A DNA stretch of 64,000 bases, taken from contig CBDCQT010000007.1 of assembly GCA_965220745.1 (NCBI GenBank), positions 128,001 through 192,000 on the forward strand, read 5' to 3'. The stretch comes from Alphaproteobacteria bacterium. Lineage in GTDB: Bacteria; Pseudomonadota; Alphaproteobacteria; UBA828. Below, piece by piece: positions 49,466-60,796 of the stretch (positions within the stretch are counted from its first letter, which is position 1; each line of letters opens with the position of its first letter). The notes below the pieces were generated by a model. It did not search any database. It saw only the letters and a list, made by a program, of their open reading frames with translations, and was not told the origin of the DNA. The translations under genes and the position numbers were made by a program.

Positions 49466-50590
49466 CTACCCGCGCGCGCGCGGCTCAGCCGCCGCAGTGC
49501 GGCCACCGAGGAAACGCGGTAAGCGGTGGCGAAGCACGACCATCGCCGCGGCGATCATGAGGACCGGGTTGAGATACATGAGTGGGATGAGACTGCTGTT
49601 CTTGGCGGTCGCGTTGACCAGGAAGAGCGCCACGGCCTCGAGCATGACCCCGGCTGCAATGGCGACGAGGATCCGACGCCACTGCCCCCGCCGGTCGACG
49701 TTGCCGGAGAGCAGCGCTGCAAGCCCGATGGCGGCAAGCGCATAGCCGAACAGCGGCGAGACGATGCGGTTGTGCGCTTCGGAGAGGAACTTGCCCCGCA
49801 GCCGCTCCGCCCCCTCGCTTGCGGGGTCGAGGAGCTCGTCAATAAACCGCTCTCGCGGCCCGCGCCAGCGCGTGCCTCCGGGTTGGATGAAATCACCCAA
49901 GTCGATTGTGTAGCGTTCGAAATTGAGCAACGAGAGTTTTGACGAGTCCCGGTCGATCCGTTGTCGGTGGCCGTTGATGAGGATGAAGCGCGGCCCCTCA
50001 TCGGTCTGCACCAGAATGCCCTGCTCGGCCATCATCGTGACCGGCCGTTCCTGTTCCCGGGCGTCGTGCACGAGGATGCCGTTGAGCGTGCTGCCCTCAC
50101 GCCCGCGAATGTAGACGGTGACGCCCTCGGTCAGTGTGTTGAAGGTACCCTCCTCCAGGAGAAGCGCCGAGTGATCGCTGCGCAGGACAAACTGCCGCTC
50201 CTTGAACTCCCTGTAGCTGACCGGCATCACGTACATGATGATCGCGTAGGAGATGACGACGACAATCGTGGCCATCACCAGCGCGGGCTTCGCCAGCGAC
50301 CACTGACTCACGCCGGCTGCGCGCAGGCTGACCAGCTCACTGTCGATGATGAGCTTGTTGTAAACGAAGAGCAGCGCACAGAAGAATGCGATCGGCAGGA
50401 TCGCGCTCAGGAATGTGGGCAGCACCAGCATGCTCATCAGCAGGAAGGCGCTGAACGACAGACCCTTGTTGACTATCAGGTCGATGATGCGCAGCGACTG
50501 CGATAGCCAGACGACCGCCGTGAGCCCCACCGTAACAAGCAGGAAGGGGGCTATAAGCTGGCGCAGCAGGTAACGCTGGTAGCGAGGCAT
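49466..50590 (-). CDS. lptF: LPS export permease LptF
   Basis: WLSQSLR, DSELVSLRAAGVS and EGTFN. Confidence 0.9.
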   Translation of the reverse strand: MPRYQRYLLRQLIAPFLLVTVGLTAVVWLSQSLRIIDLIVNKGLSFSAFLLMSMLVLPTFLSAILPIAFFCALLFVYNKLIIDSELVSLRAAGVSQWSLAKPALVMATIVVVISYAIIMYVMPVSYREFKERQFVLRSDHSALLLEEGTFNTLTEGVTVYIRGREGSTLNGILVHDAREQERPVTMMAEQGILVQTDEGPRFILINGHRQRIDRDSSKLSLLNFERYTIDLGDFIQPGGTRWRGPRERFIDELLDPASEGAERLRGKFLSEAHNRIVSPLFGYALAAIGLAALLSGNVDRRGQWRRILVAIAAGVMLEAVALFLVNATAKNSSLIPLMYLNPVLMIAAAMVVLRHRLPRFLGGRTAAAEPRARG

Positions 50591-50739
50591 GGCTCATTAT
50601 AGCGGGTCGTGCGCCGGAACGGGTGCATGCCGATGGCGGCACCGACCACAGGCGCTGTGCAGATCACGCTCGCTCTACAGGCTCTGGCCGGTGATGGCGG
50701 AGGAATAGCGCTTCGCGCGGAGCGGCCGGCTGCACCGGG

Positions 50740-52167
50740 TCACGACGGTGCGCTCTCTTCGCGTTCCCACAGGGTGTGCGCGAGAATTCCGACCGAGGCT
50801 TCGATCGCTTCCATCGCGTCGAGGATCAGATCCTCGCGATACCGACGCCCGATGATCTGTACACCTGCTGGCAGCCCGTCCGCGAAGCCGATGGGCACCA
50901 CGCCCGCCGGTAGGCCGAGGTAGTTGACGCCGGTGCTGTAGACGGCGGCCATGAAAAGGTCTTTCACCTCCTCGAACCCGTGCGCGTCGTGGTCCCACGG
51001 GTACATCGAGCGCATCAGGAACGGGCAGAGCACCAGCGGATACCGGTCGAGAAAGACGTTCCATTCGCGGGTCAGCGCGGTGCGATCGGCGATGCCCTGG
51101 CGGTATCCGGCCGCATCGACCGGGTTTCCGACGCGCTGGTAGTCCTCGAAGATGGTCCGAATGGTTTCGCTGCCATGCTCGCGCGCGATGGGACCCAGAA
51201 AGTGCACGATCTCGCTCGCGAGCACGTCGAACCACGCCTGCGCGGGCTTCATGATCGAGGGCGTCGCCACGCGCTCCACCGCGTAGCCCGCGTCGCTGAG
51301 CACTTCCGCCGCCCGGTCGATACCGGCGATGATCTGCGGATCGATCGGATAGCCGTGAGCCTCGTACGTGACTGCAACCTTGATCGGGGGATCGAGCGTG
51401 GGCCCCTCGAAGGGCACCGGTACCCACCAGGGATCGCGCGCGTCACCCCCCGCGAGCACCCGCGTTGCGAGCCGCACGTCCCGCACCTCGCGGCAAATCG
51501 AGCCCTGGACGGAGCTGAGCTGGGCGAGAAGGCCGCGCTCGGCCGCGGCACTCGGGTTGTACGCTGGCACCCGCCCCAGGGTTGGCTTCACCGTCGCCAA
51601 CCCACACGCGAACGAGGGAAAGCGCAGCGAGCCGCCGATGTCGTTGCCGTGGTGAATCGGCCCGAACCCCATCGCCGCAGCGGCCGACGCTCCGCCGGAG
51701 GACCCGCCCGGAGACGCCTCCTCGTCCCAAGGATTGAGAGTGCGGCCGCGCAGCGGGTTGTCTGTGGTCGCGCGCATCGAGAGCTCCGGCGTATTGGTGC
51801 GTCCCACGATGATCGCGCCGGCGTCGAGCAGGTTGCGCGTGACCGGAGAGTGGTCCGGCGCGATGACGTCGGCATAGGCTGTCAGGCCGTTCGTGGTCGC
51901 CTGTCCGGCGACGTCGATATTCTCCTTGATGGTGACCGGGACTCCGTGTAACGGCCCGAGGGCGGCGCCGTTGCGGGCCTCGCGGTCCTTGAGTTCAGCT
52001 GCGCGCAACGCCTCTTCGGAACAGTCGACGACGATCGCGTTGATGCGCCCGTTGTGCTGAGCGATGCGGTCCAGCACCGACTCCGTCACTTCGACGCACG
52101 ATGCCTTGCGCGCCCGGATCATCGTGGCGAGTTCGACCGCGCTGCGGCTCCACAAGCCTCTGTCCAT
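50740..52167 (-). CDS. Amidase-signature family enzyme
   Basis: GVPVTIKEN, GGSSGGAS and GNDIGGSLRFP (Ser-cisSer-Lys triad). Confidence 0.9.
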   Translation of the reverse strand: MDRGLWSRSAVELATMIRARKASCVEVTESVLDRIAQHNGRINAIVVDCSEEALRAAELKDREARNGAALGPLHGVPVTIKENIDVAGQATTNGLTAYADVIAPDHSPVTRNLLDAGAIIVGRTNTPELSMRATTDNPLRGRTLNPWDEEASPGGSSGGASAAAAMGFGPIHHGNDIGGSLRFPSFACGLATVKPTLGRVPAYNPSAAAERGLLAQLSSVQGSICREVRDVRLATRVLAGGDARDPWWVPVPFEGPTLDPPIKVAVTYEAHGYPIDPQIIAGIDRAAEVLSDAGYAVERVATPSIMKPAQAWFDVLASEIVHFLGPIAREHGSETIRTIFEDYQRVGNPVDAAGYRQGIADRTALTREWNVFLDRYPLVLCPFLMRSMYPWDHDAHGFEEVKDLFMAAVYSTGVNYLGLPAGVVPIGFADGLPAGVQIIGRRYREDLILDAMEAIEASVGILAHTLWEREESAPS

Positions 52168-52184
52168 TGCGGGTTGCTCCGGGT

Positions 52185-53609
52185 CTAAAGCGAGGGGCGG
52201 TGCCGGCTCCAGTTCGTTGCCGCCTCGAAGGCCGCCGCGGCGCGGAACACCCGGGCGTCATCGTAGGTGCGGCCGACGATCTGCAGGCCGGTGGGGACTC
52301 CGTTCCGTGCGAATCCGGTCGGCACGCTTGCTGCCGGGCACTGGTTCATCATGTTGAACGGGTAGGTGAGCAGCCAGCCCAGGTGCGGCTCGACCGGCTT
52401 GCTATTGATGGTGAAGCCGGGATCCATGTTGGTGTGGTCCGCCTTGACCGCCGGCACCGCCAGCGTCGGGCAGATCATCACGTCATAGCGTTCTAGGATC
52501 GGCGCGAGCTTCTGGTACATCCAGCCGCGCGTTCGGCTGACACGTTCGAACTCGACGGCGCTGACCCGCTGACCCCTCTCCACCAGATCGACCACCCTCG
52601 GGTCCATCTCGAAGCGCCATTCGGGCAGGAAGTCCTGCAACCCACTGGCGAAGAAGACCTCGAAGAGCCGTAAGTACTGGTTCAACACGCCCGAGGTCCA
52701 GCCGAGATCGACCTCCTCGACCTCGCAGCCGAGATCGCGGAAGACATCCACGGCCTTCCGCGTGTTCTCCTGCACCTCCTCGTCGACCTCGACATAGCCG
52801 AGGTCGGGCGAGTAGGCGATACGCCAGCCCTCGATGCCTTCGTAGGCGAGCGGCAGACGAACCCGCGTTCTGAGAGAGTTGATATCCGCCTTGTGGGGGC
52901 CGGAGACGACGTTCTGGAGCAGGGCGGATTCGGCCACCGTGCGGGTGAGCACGCCGATCTGCACCAGGAAGACATGGGGTGCTGTGGTGTCATTTGGGTT
53001 GCGGCCGTAGGGCGGCTTGAAGCCGAAGATGCCGTTGACCGAGGCCGGGATGCGGATCGACCCGCCGCCATCGCCGCCGTCCGCGATGGTGGTCATGCCT
53101 GCGGCCACCGCGCCGCCGCTGCCGCCGGAGGAGCCGCCCGGCGTGTAGTCGGGATTCCAGGGATTGCGGCTCACGCCCCAAAGCGGACTGTGGCTCGTCC
53201 CGGCATAGCCGAACTCGGGCGTGGTGGTGCGGATGTGGAGGATCGCACCGGCGCGCATGAGGCGCTCGGTCACCGGGTAGGTGTGATCGGGGCGGTTGTG
53301 CTCCATGATCTTGGAGCCGATCGTGGTGATCTCGCCCTTGATCGCGTGGTAATCCTTGCTCGCGAAGGGTAGGCCCTCGAGCGTGCGCAGCCGGCCGTCG
53401 GTCTTGCCGTAGCGCGCCTCCGCCGCCTTCGCCTGCTCCAAGGCGCGCTCGAAATAGCTGTAGGTGACGAGGTTGAGCGCCGGGTTGACCGCCTCGCAGC
53501 GGGCGATCACCGCCTTCATCAGCTCGACCGGCGAGAGCGTTCGTGCCTTGAACGCAGCAAGCGCGTCGAGCGCGCTCATGTAGCAGAGGTCGAGATCCGA
53601 TGCGGTCAT
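52185..53609 (-). CDS. Amidase-signature family enzyme
   Basis: GLPFASKD, GGSSGGSG and DGGGSIRIPAS. Confidence 0.9.
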   Translation of the reverse strand: MTASDLDLCYMSALDALAAFKARTLSPVELMKAVIARCEAVNPALNLVTYSYFERALEQAKAAEARYGKTDGRLRTLEGLPFASKDYHAIKGEITTIGSKIMEHNRPDHTYPVTERLMRAGAILHIRTTTPEFGYAGTSHSPLWGVSRNPWNPDYTPGGSSGGSGGAVAAGMTTIADGGDGGGSIRIPASVNGIFGFKPPYGRNPNDTTAPHVFLVQIGVLTRTVAESALLQNVVSGPHKADINSLRTRVRLPLAYEGIEGWRIAYSPDLGYVEVDEEVQENTRKAVDVFRDLGCEVEEVDLGWTSGVLNQYLRLFEVFFASGLQDFLPEWRFEMDPRVVDLVERGQRVSAVEFERVSRTRGWMYQKLAPILERYDVMICPTLAVPAVKADHTNMDPGFTINSKPVEPHLGWLLTYPFNMMNQCPAASVPTGFARNGVPTGLQIVGRTYDDARVFRAAAAFEAATNWSRHRPSL

Positions 53610-53626
53610 GACGAACGCTCCCGCTC

Positions 53627-54337
53627 CTATTCGTTGCTGAAGGCCTCCAGCTCGCTGAGATAGGCGAGGACGCGCTCCGCCGGCTCGACATCGCCGAACT
53701 TGGCATCGATGTCGAACAGGTTCCATTCGACGACTCCCGGCACGCGGTCGCCCACGCCTTCCCGAACGACGATGGGGCGGAAGCCCTCGGCGATCGCGTC
53801 TTCGGCCGAGTGGCGCACGCAGCCGGCCATGGTGACGCCGGTGATGACGACCGTGTCAACCCGTTGGGCGCGCAGGTAGCCCGCAAGGTAGGTACCGTGG
53901 AAGGCGCTCGCGCGCTTCTTCACGATCACCTGCTCGCCGCGCGACGGCATCGGCTCGATCCGCTCATCGATCGCTGCCTCCGGCGAGCCTTCACGCAGGG
54001 TCTCGACCGGAATCTTCATGTGCCAGAGGCCGGTGTCGGCGTGCGGCCCGGTCGGGTCCTGATAGGCCGTCGTGGTGTAGATGACGGGAATGTTCTTCTC
54101 GCGCGCGGCGGCCAGAAGCTTCTGGTTGGTGGGGATGATCACATCCATGTTGTCGCACGTGAAGTTATGGCCCGGCCGGGTCCAGGCATTCGCCAGGTCG
54201 ATGATCAGGAGCGCCGGCCGGGTGCCGAACCCGATGCGACGCTGGAAGCCCCGTGTCTGGTAAATCTCGGAATCGGCGGCGAAGATCGTCTCGAGTGCCC
54301 GCCTGACTTCCTCGTCGCGTGTAAGTTCCGCCGTCAT
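53627..54337 (-). CDS. N-carbamoylsarcosine amidohydrolase (isochorismatase-family cysteine hydrolase)
   Basis: RGFQRRIGFG, IDLANAWT.PGH, RASAF.GT, AGCVRHSAEDAIA.GFRP and GDRVPGVVEWNLFDID.KFGDVE closely match the Arthrobacter enzyme as recalled. Confidence 0.82.
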   Translation of the reverse strand: MTAELTRDEEVRRALETIFAADSEIYQTRGFQRRIGFGTRPALLIIDLANAWTRPGHNFTCDNMDVIIPTNQKLLAAAREKNIPVIYTTTAYQDPTGPHADTGLWHMKIPVETLREGSPEAAIDERIEPMPSRGEQVIVKKRASAFHGTYLAGYLRAQRVDTVVITGVTMAGCVRHSAEDAIAEGFRPIVVREGVGDRVPGVVEWNLFDIDAKFGDVEPAERVLAYLSELEAFSNE

Positions 54338-54498
54338 CCTGAATACTCCCGCCGTGGATGGGCGCAGAGTGTAGCCGCCGCACCGGCGGGCCGCCAGACG
54401 TGCGCGCCGCGGCCACGATGGAAATTCCAGACCAAAGACGGTTGACCCTGGCGGTACGCGGCGCCTAAATGAAGCGCTGACGCTGACGCGCGCCCTGG

Positions 54499-54572
54499 GG
54501 CCGGGTGGCAGAGTGGCTATGCAGCGGACTGCAAATCCGTGTACGCCGGTTCGATTCCGGCCTCGGCCTCCA
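54499..54572 (+). tRNA. tRNA-Cys (GCA)
   Basis: Acceptor stem GGCCGGG/CTCGGCC, anticodon loop CTGCAAA, GGTTCGATTCC T-arm, U73 and encoded CCA. Confidence 0.97.
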
Positions 54573-54706
54573 GTTTCACCAAGAACAAGTGCGCTCGCTT
54601 TAGGCAGCACCTAAGACACGTAGGCGGCGATCTTGTCCGAATCTGATACGGCGTGTGCGCGCCTCGTGGTAAAAGCGCCTATGAACGTTCGACGGAGACA
54701 GCCGGA

Positions 54707-55234
54707 ATGAGGCGCTCGCACATCGGCTTGGGGATGCTTGGCGTTTTCCTCCTGGCTCTGGCAGCGGCCGGCTGTGAGAATTCAGTGCCGCCGGATAGCC
54801 CAACCATGGATCCCCGACGGCGCGCAGCCGGCGCGAGCCAAGAAAGCATATTCGGTTCCGGCGGGATCGGACTTTTCGGTGGCGACGAGGACGAAGCGGC
54901 TGCCAGCGGCATCGGCGTCAATGCCTTCCTCTGGCGTGCGACCCTCGACACCATCTCGTTCATGCCCTTGCTCTCGGCCGATCCCTTCGGCGGCGTGATC
55001 ATCACCGATTGGTACGCCCCGCCCGAGAGCCCCGACGAGCGCTTCAAGATGACCGTCTACATCCTGGGCAGGACGCTGCGCTCGGACGGCGTACAGGTCT
55101 CCGTGTTTCGCCAGGAACGTGGCGTAGACGGCCTCTGGGAGGACCGTGCCACGAGCCCGGACACCGCGGTCAGCCTCGAAGACAAGATCCTCGACCGCGC
55201 CCGACAGCTGCGTACCGCACAGCTCAGCCGATAG
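54707..55234 (+). CDS. DUF3576-family lipoprotein
   Basis: Lipobox LAAAGC, GVNAFLWRATLDTISFMPL..DPFGGVIITDWY; usual position before leuS. Confidence 0.85.
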   Translation: MRRSHIGLGMLGVFLLALAAAGCENSVPPDSPTMDPRRRAAGASQESIFGSGGIGLFGGDEDEAAASGIGVNAFLWRATLDTISFMPLLSADPFGGVIITDWYAPPESPDERFKMTVYILGRTLRSDGVQVSVFRQERGVDGLWEDRATSPDTAVSLEDKILDRARQLRTAQLSR

Positions 55235-55343
55235 AGTGCAGCGTTGCGTGCCGCCCGGCCGGCGCGGCTGCGTTGGCTGGCGGGTCATGCTATAGGGACG
55301 CCGCTCTCCGGCGCCGGCCGGGGTGAGGGAGCGAGCGTGGCCG

Positions 55344-57911
55344 ATGAGTGAGCGTTACGACGCACAGGCGGTCGAGGCCAAGTGGCAAGCCGCCTGGGAG
55401 GACGCGGGCCTGTTCCGGGCCGAGCGCAGCGGCGGTCGTCCGACCTACTACGTCCTGGAGATGTTCCCGTACCCCTCGGGCCGCATTCACATGGGCCACG
55501 TGCGCAACTACACCATGGGCGACGTGGTTGCGCGCTACAAGCGGGCCCGGGGATTCGACGTCCTTCATCCCATGGGCTGGGACGCCTTCGGGCTGCCAGC
55601 GGAGAACGCGGCCTTCGAGCGCGGCGTCCATCCAGCCGAGTGGACCTACGACAACATCGCGACGATGCGCGGGCAGCTCAAGCTGATGGGGCTTTCGATC
55701 GACTGGGAGCGCGAGTTCGCGACCTGCCACCCCGGCTACTACGAACACCAGCAGGCGTTGTTCCTGGACTTCTTCGAGTCCGGATTCGTCGAGCGCAAGG
55801 AGGCCTGGGTCAACTGGGATCCGGTCGATCGCACGGTGCTCGCCAACGAGCAGGTCGTGGACGGGCGCGGCTGGCGCTCGGGCGCGGTCGTCGAGAAACG
55901 CAGGCTGGCGCAATGGTTCTTTCGCATCACCCGCTTCGCTGACGAACTCCTGGATGCGCTTGAGGCCCTGCCGCGCTGGCCCGAGAAGGTGCAGCTCATG
56001 CAACGCAACTGGATCGGGCGTTCCCAAGGCGCCCGCATCCTCTTCCCCATCGAAGGCCGCGACGAGGCACTGGAGGTCTTCACGACCCGCCCGGATACGC
56101 TGTTCGGCGCGTCGTTCTGTGCGCTCTCGCCCAACCACCCGCTCGCGACATCGCTTGCTGAATCGGATTCGTCGCTCGCCGACTTCATTGCCGAGTGCAA
56201 CCGCGCCGGCATCGGCGAGCGCGACATCGAGGCGGCGGGCAAGCGCGGCTTCGACACGGGCGTAAGCGTCCGCCACCCCTTCGACGCCGAGCGCACGCTG
56301 CCGCTCTACGTCGCCAATTTCGTGCTCATGGACTACGGCACCGGCGCGATCTTTGGCTGCCCAGCCCACGACCAGCGCGACCTGGATTTCGCCCGCGCCC
56401 AGGGCCTGCCAGTTATCCCGGTGGTGTGTCCGCCGGGGGAGGATGCGGATGCGGTCGAGATCGGCGACGAGGCCTATGTCGGCGACGGCACGGCCATCAA
56501 TTCCGACTTTCTTAACGGGTTGTCGGTGGCCGACGCCAAGGCGCGCGCAGTCGTAGAGCTTGCGGAACGCGGTGCCGGCGGCTCTGCCGTTAGCTACCGG
56601 CTCCGCGATTGGGGCATCTCGCGGCAGCGCTACTGGGGCTGCCCGATTCCGGTGGTGCACTGCGCATCGTGCGGCGTGGTGCCGGTGCCGCGCGAGGCGC
56701 TCCCGGTGCGCCTGCCCGAGGACGTGACCTTCGACACGCCGGGCAATCCCCTCGACCGCCATCCCACGTGGAAGCACACCACGTGCCCTCGCTGCGGTGC
56801 TGCCGCGGAGCGCGATACCGATACGATGGACACCTTCGTGGATTCCTCCTGGTACTTCGCGCGCTTCTGCGCCGCGCGCGCCGACGAGCCGCTGCCGGCC
56901 GACGAGGTCGAGCCTTGGCTTCCGGTCGATCAATACATCGGCGGCATCGAGCACGCGGTGCTGCACCTGCTCTATTCGCGCTTCTATACCAAGGCTCTCA
57001 AACGCTGCGGCCATGTGACGATCGACGAGCCCTTCGCTGGCCTCTTCACCCAGGGCATGGTGTGTCACGAGACCTACCGCGACTCAGACGGGCGCTGGTA
57101 CTACCCCGACCAGGTCGAGACCCGCGCTGGCAACTTGGTGACCAAGGAGGGCGGGCGCCCCATCGCCATCGGCCGGTCGGAGGCGATGAGCAAGTCGAAG
57201 CGCAACACCGTCGATCCCGAGGCGATCATCGAGGCATACGGTGCCGACACCGCGCGGCTCTTCATGCTCTCCGACAGCCCGCCCGAACGCGACCTGGAAT
57301 GGACCGATACCGGCGTCAAGGGCGCCTGGCGCTACATCGCCGCGCTTTGGCGCATGGTGCTATCGCCGCCCGTGGCGCTGTCTCCATGCGGGGCAGCGCC
57401 GTCGGACCAGGGGACCTTGGCGGCTCCGCTGCGTGACGTGCGCAGGACCATTCACAAGACCATCGCCGGTGTGACCGATGATCTAGAGCGTTTTCGCTTC
57501 AACCGGGCGGTGGCGCGGGTGCGGGAGCTGACCAATGCGCTCTCCGCCATCGAGGACGCGCTCGGTGCAGGCCACGTGATGCGCGAGGGCCTGGAGACCG
57601 CCATGCGCCTGCTCGGCCCGGTGGTGCCGCATCTGGCCGAGGAGGCCTGGCGCCGTCTCGGACATGAGAGCTGGCTGGCGCGCGAGCCGTGGCCGGAGCC
57701 GGACCCCGTCCTGCTCGCGGATGACGTTGTGGTCGTCGCCGTGCAGGTGGATGGCAGAAAGCGCGCGACGATTTCGTTGCCGGCCGATCACGACAAGGCG
57801 GCGGCGGAAAACGCGGCCATGGCAGACGGCGGCGTGCGCCGGGCGCTTGCTGGCCGGGAAGTACGCAAGGTGATCGTCGTGCCCGGGCGAATCGTGAATG
57901 TCGTCACCTGA
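55344..57911 (+). CDS. leuS: Leucyl-tRNA synthetase
   Basis: [37 protein letters not shown] and AMSKSK. Confidence 0.97.
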   Translation: MSERYDAQAVEAKWQAAWEDAGLFRAERSGGRPTYYVLEMFPYPSGRIHMGHVRNYTMGDVVARYKRARGFDVLHPMGWDAFGLPAENAAFERGVHPAEWTYDNIATMRGQLKLMGLSIDWEREFATCHPGYYEHQQALFLDFFESGFVERKEAWVNWDPVDRTVLANEQVVDGRGWRSGAVVEKRRLAQWFFRITRFADELLDALEALPRWPEKVQLMQRNWIGRSQGARILFPIEGRDEALEVFTTRPDTLFGASFCALSPNHPLATSLAESDSSLADFIAECNRAGIGERDIEAAGKRGFDTGVSVRHPFDAERTLPLYVANFVLMDYGTGAIFGCPAHDQRDLDFARAQGLPVIPVVCPPGEDADAVEIGDEAYVGDGTAINSDFLNGLSVADAKARAVVELAERGAGGSAVSYRLRDWGISRQRYWGCPIPVVHCASCGVVPVPREALPVRLPEDVTFDTPGNPLDRHPTWKHTTCPRCGAAAERDTDTMDTFVDSSWYFARFCAARADEPLPADEVEPWLPVDQYIGGIEHAVLHLLYSRFYTKALKRCGHVTIDEPFAGLFTQGMVCHETYRDSDGRWYYPDQVETRAGNLVTKEGGRPIAIGRSEAMSKSKRNTVDPEAIIEAYGADTARLFMLSDSPPERDLEWTDTGVKGAWRYIAALWRMVLSPPVALSPCGAAPSDQGTLAAPLRDVRRTIHKTIAGVTDDLERFRFNRAVARVRELTNALSAIEDALGAGHVMREGLETAMRLLGPVVPHLAEEAWRRLGHESWLAREPWPEPDPVLLADDVVVVAVQVDGRKRATISLPADHDKAAAENAAMADGGVRRALAGREVRKVIVVPGRIVNVVT

Positions 57912-58437
57912 TCGGCCGTTCTCTCGCATGTTGGCGCGCCTGAGGCGCGCGCCGATCCCAGCCCTCGCCCTCGCTCTTTCCCTCGTCCTGCTCGGCGCCT
58001 GTTCCGTGGAGCCGCTTTACGGTGCCCGCACCGGCAAGGCGCGTGGCGGCGGCGTTGCGGCGATCGAGATCGCACCGGTCAAGGACCGGGTCGGTCATAT
58101 CGTGCGCAACCATTTGATCGACAGCCTCACCCCGAGGGGACAGCCGGCGCATCCCGACTATCGCCTGACCCTCGCGGTCGAGCAGGAAAAGACTCCGCTG
58201 CTGATCCAGCTCGACGACCATGCGACCCGGTTCAATTTGACGCTCCGCGCCAGGTTCGCCCTCGCCGATCGGGGCGGGGCGGTGGTCTACCGTGACAGCG
58301 CCCGGGCGACCGGCAGCTACAACGTCGTCGAATCGGGGTTCGCCACCGTGACGGCGGAGCGGGACGCGGCCAAGGAAGCGGCGCGGGTGCTGAGCGAAGA
58401 AATCCTCACGCTGATCCTCCTCCATCTCCGTCGATGA
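57898..58437 (+). CDS. lptE: LPS assembly lipoprotein LptE
   Basis: Lipobox LGAC, EPLYG; lies between leuS and holA. Confidence 0.8.
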   Translation: MSSPDRPFSRMLARLRRAPIPALALALSLVLLGACSVEPLYGARTGKARGGGVAAIEIAPVKDRVGHIVRNHLIDSLTPRGQPAHPDYRLTLAVEQEKTPLLIQLDDHATRFNLTLRARFALADRGGAVVYRDSARATGSYNVVESGFATVTAERDAAKEAARVLSEEILTLILLHLRR

Positions 58438-58474
58438 GACCCTGGCCGTCACATGATCCGGCGGCTGGCACGCC

Positions 58475-59515
58475 ATGAAGATCGCGCCGGCGCGCGCGGA
58501 CCGGTTCTGCGCGGCACCGGACGCGGAGGTCCGGCTGGTTCTGATCTACGGCTCCAACGAAGGCCTGGTGCGGGCCCGCGCCGAAGCTTGCGTCAAGGCC
58601 GTTGCAGAGGATGCCGACGATCCCTTTCGCGTCACCAGCCTCGATCCGGCGCTGCTGCGAGACGAGCCGGGCCGGCTCGCCGACGAGGCGGCGGCGCTCT
58701 CGCTCATCGGCGGCCGTCGTGCCGTCCGCCTGCGCGGCGCGACCGAGACGGTGGTCCCTGCGATCCGCTCGTGTCTCGCGTTGCCGGCTACCGAGAGCCT
58801 GGTGGTTGCGGAGGCCGGGCCGCTGACACCCCGCTCGGGCCTCAGGCGCCTGTGCGAGCAGGAAGCGAGCCTCGCCGCCATCGCCTGCTACGACGAGAGC
58901 GCGGAGGGCGCCGCCCGGCTGATCGAAGCCTTCTGCAGCGCGCGCAAGATCAAGGCGGCGCCCGAGACCGTCGATTGGCTGGCCGAGCGCCTGGGCAGCG
59001 ATCGCCGGCAGATCGAGGGTGCGGTGGAGAAGCTCGCGGTCTACCTGGGCGAGGGGGGCACCGAGGGCGGTTTGCTCACGCAGGAGGTCGCGGAGGCCTG
59101 CGTCGGCGACGCGACCGAAGCATCGGCCGATGAGGTTGCGCGCCTGGCCCTATCCGGCGACCGTGAGGGGCTGGACCGAGCAATGACGCGGGCGCTCTAC
59201 GGCGGGGTTCAACCGATCACCATTCTCCGCGCTGCCGCCCGGCGCCTCGCCCGCCTCCATCTCGCGGTCGCCGCGCTGGAAGGCGGCGCCAGTCGGGCCG
59301 ATGCCATGGGCAGCCTCAAGCCCCCAGTATTCCCCAGAGACCGTGCTGCCTTCGGTCAGGAGATGACCCGCTGGCCCATCGCCCGCGCGGCCCGAGCGCT
59401 GGGGCTGCTGACCCGTGCCGAGCGCGACTGCAAGATTTCCGGTGGTGCGCCTGAGGCGATCTGTTGGCAGGCACTGCTCCGCGTCGCGCGCGCGGCCCAA
59501 AGGCAGAGCGCCTAA
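58475..59515 (+). CDS. holA: DNA polymerase III delta subunit
   Basis: LIYGSNEGLVR, SLIGGRR, EKLAVY and PPVF; conserved position. Confidence 0.88.
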   Translation: MKIAPARADRFCAAPDAEVRLVLIYGSNEGLVRARAEACVKAVAEDADDPFRVTSLDPALLRDEPGRLADEAAALSLIGGRRAVRLRGATETVVPAIRSCLALPATESLVVAEAGPLTPRSGLRRLCEQEASLAAIACYDESAEGAARLIEAFCSARKIKAAPETVDWLAERLGSDRRQIEGAVEKLAVYLGEGGTEGGLLTQEVAEACVGDATEASADEVARLALSGDREGLDRAMTRALYGGVQPITILRAAARRLARLHLAVAALEGGASRADAMGSLKPPVFPRDRAAFGQEMTRWPIARAARALGLLTRAERDCKISGGAPEAICWQALLRVARAAQRQSA

Positions 59516-59532
59516 GCGCAGCACCTATCGGA

Positions 59533-59946
59533 TCAGGCCGCGATGCCGGCCAGGGTGCAGATGCGCCGCCACTCGGCCTCCGTCACGGGGCTCACGGAAA
59601 GCCGCGATTGACGCAGGAGCTGCATGTCCTGGAGCGCCGGCTCTTCCTTGATCTGCTTCAGAGAGACCGGCTCGCTCACCGGGACCACGGCCTTGACGTC
59701 GACCATGCCGAAGCGCCCGGAAGCATCGGTCGGGTCGGGATAGTGCTCCTTCACGACCTCGACGACGCCGACGATCTCCTTCGCGTTGACCGAGTGGTAG
59801 AAGAAGCAGCGGTCGCCCCGCTTCATGGCCTTCATATTGTTGTTCGCCTGATGGTTGCGTACGCCGTCCCACTCCGTGACGCTGTCGCGCACCTGATCGT
59901 CCCAGGACCAGCAACTCGGTTCCGACTTTATGAGCCAATAGGCCAT
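59533..59946 (-). CDS. EVE domain protein
   Basis: YWLIKSEP, WDGVRNHQA, FFYHS and RLSVSPV. Confidence 0.92.
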   Translation of the reverse strand: MAYWLIKSEPSCWSWDDQVRDSVTEWDGVRNHQANNNMKAMKRGDRCFFYHSVNAKEIVGVVEVVKEHYPDPTDASGRFGMVDVKAVVPVSEPVSLKQIKEEPALQDMQLLRQSRLSVSPVTEAEWRRICTLAGIAA

Positions 59947-60146
59947 TTCGCGCCCCTCCAAAGACCACTCAACCGTGCGTCGAGTGTAACCAACCCGCAA
60001 CCCAGCGTCAGCCGTCCCTCGATGGTCACGCCTGCCGCCGTCTTGATGTCAGCGAACGATGCCCCCACACTATGTCTATTGCCAGGTAACGAGACCGTCG
60101 GGTGGTGCCTGCAGCGGTGCCGCCTGCGGCAGGTGGGCGCGGGGCA

Positions 60147-60356
60147 ATGTCGTTCTTCGAAATGGGCGGTTACGCCGCCTACGTGTGGCCGGCCTTCGGG
60201 GCTGCGGCCGCGATCATGATGGCGCTCCTCCTGCTCAGCATCCGCGCCATGCGTGCGAGGGAGGCGGCGCTGAGGGCTTTGGAGGCAACCGCGCGCCGGC
60301 AGCGTGCTGCCGATGGAGACAACGACCGTGACGGGGAGCAGAACGCCCCGGCATGA
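60147..60356 (+). CDS. ccmD: Heme exporter protein CcmD
   Basis: [16 protein letters not shown] followed by a TM helix; upstream of ccmE. Confidence 0.85.
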   Translation: MSFFEMGGYAAYVWPAFGAAAAIMMALLLLSIRAMRAREAALRALEATARRQRAADGDNDRDGEQNAPA

Positions 60357-60796
60357 AGCGCAAGCATTGGCGGTTGGTCTTTCTGGGCGGGGGCCTCGGC
60401 GCGCTCGGCCTCGCTGCGGGCCTGGTGCTCACCGCGCTCGACGACACCCTCGTCTTCTTCCATGACCCGAGCACGCTCAAGGAACGGCAATTTTCACCCG
60501 AGCAGCGGCTTCGTGTGGGCGGCCTGGTGGAGGAGAACAGCGTGGTGAGGGGTGACGACGGGCTCACGGTGCGCTTCACCATCACCGACCTCGCACACAC
60601 CGTGCCCGTGACCTATTTCGGTATTCTGCCCGACCTGTTCCGCGAGGGGCAGGGGGTGGTCGCCGAGGGCTATCTGAAGGGCAGCGTGTTCGAGGCCGAC
60701 GAGGTGCTCGCCAAGCACGACGAGAACTACATGCCGCGTGAAGTGGCCGACGCGCTGAAGAAGTCCGGCAACTGGAAGGGCGAGGGCGCCGAATGA
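60353..60796 (+). CDS. ccmE: Heme chaperone CcmE
   Basis: [16 protein letters not shown] and LAKHDENY. Confidence 0.95.
   Translation: MKRKHWRLVFLGGGLGALGLAAGLVLTALDDTLVFFHDPSTLKERQFSPEQRLRVGGLVEENSVVRGDDGLTVRFTITDLAHTVPVTYFGILPDLFREGQGVVAEGYLKGSVFEADEVLAKHDENYMPREVADALKKSGNWKGEGAE

Noticed and set aside
54499-54600. Integrative element at tRNA-Cys
   Set aside because: No integrase and no duplicated tRNA 3' end seen; the gene downstream is the core DUF3576-leuS block
54338-54610. N-terminal extension of the cysteine hydrolase ORF
   Set aside because: It runs antisense through tRNA-Cys; the true start is ATG 54337
55290-57068. 592-aa antisense ORF over leuS, and similar ones over dnaB, cysS, fabF and lptD
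   Set aside because: Antisense mirrors of well-supported genes
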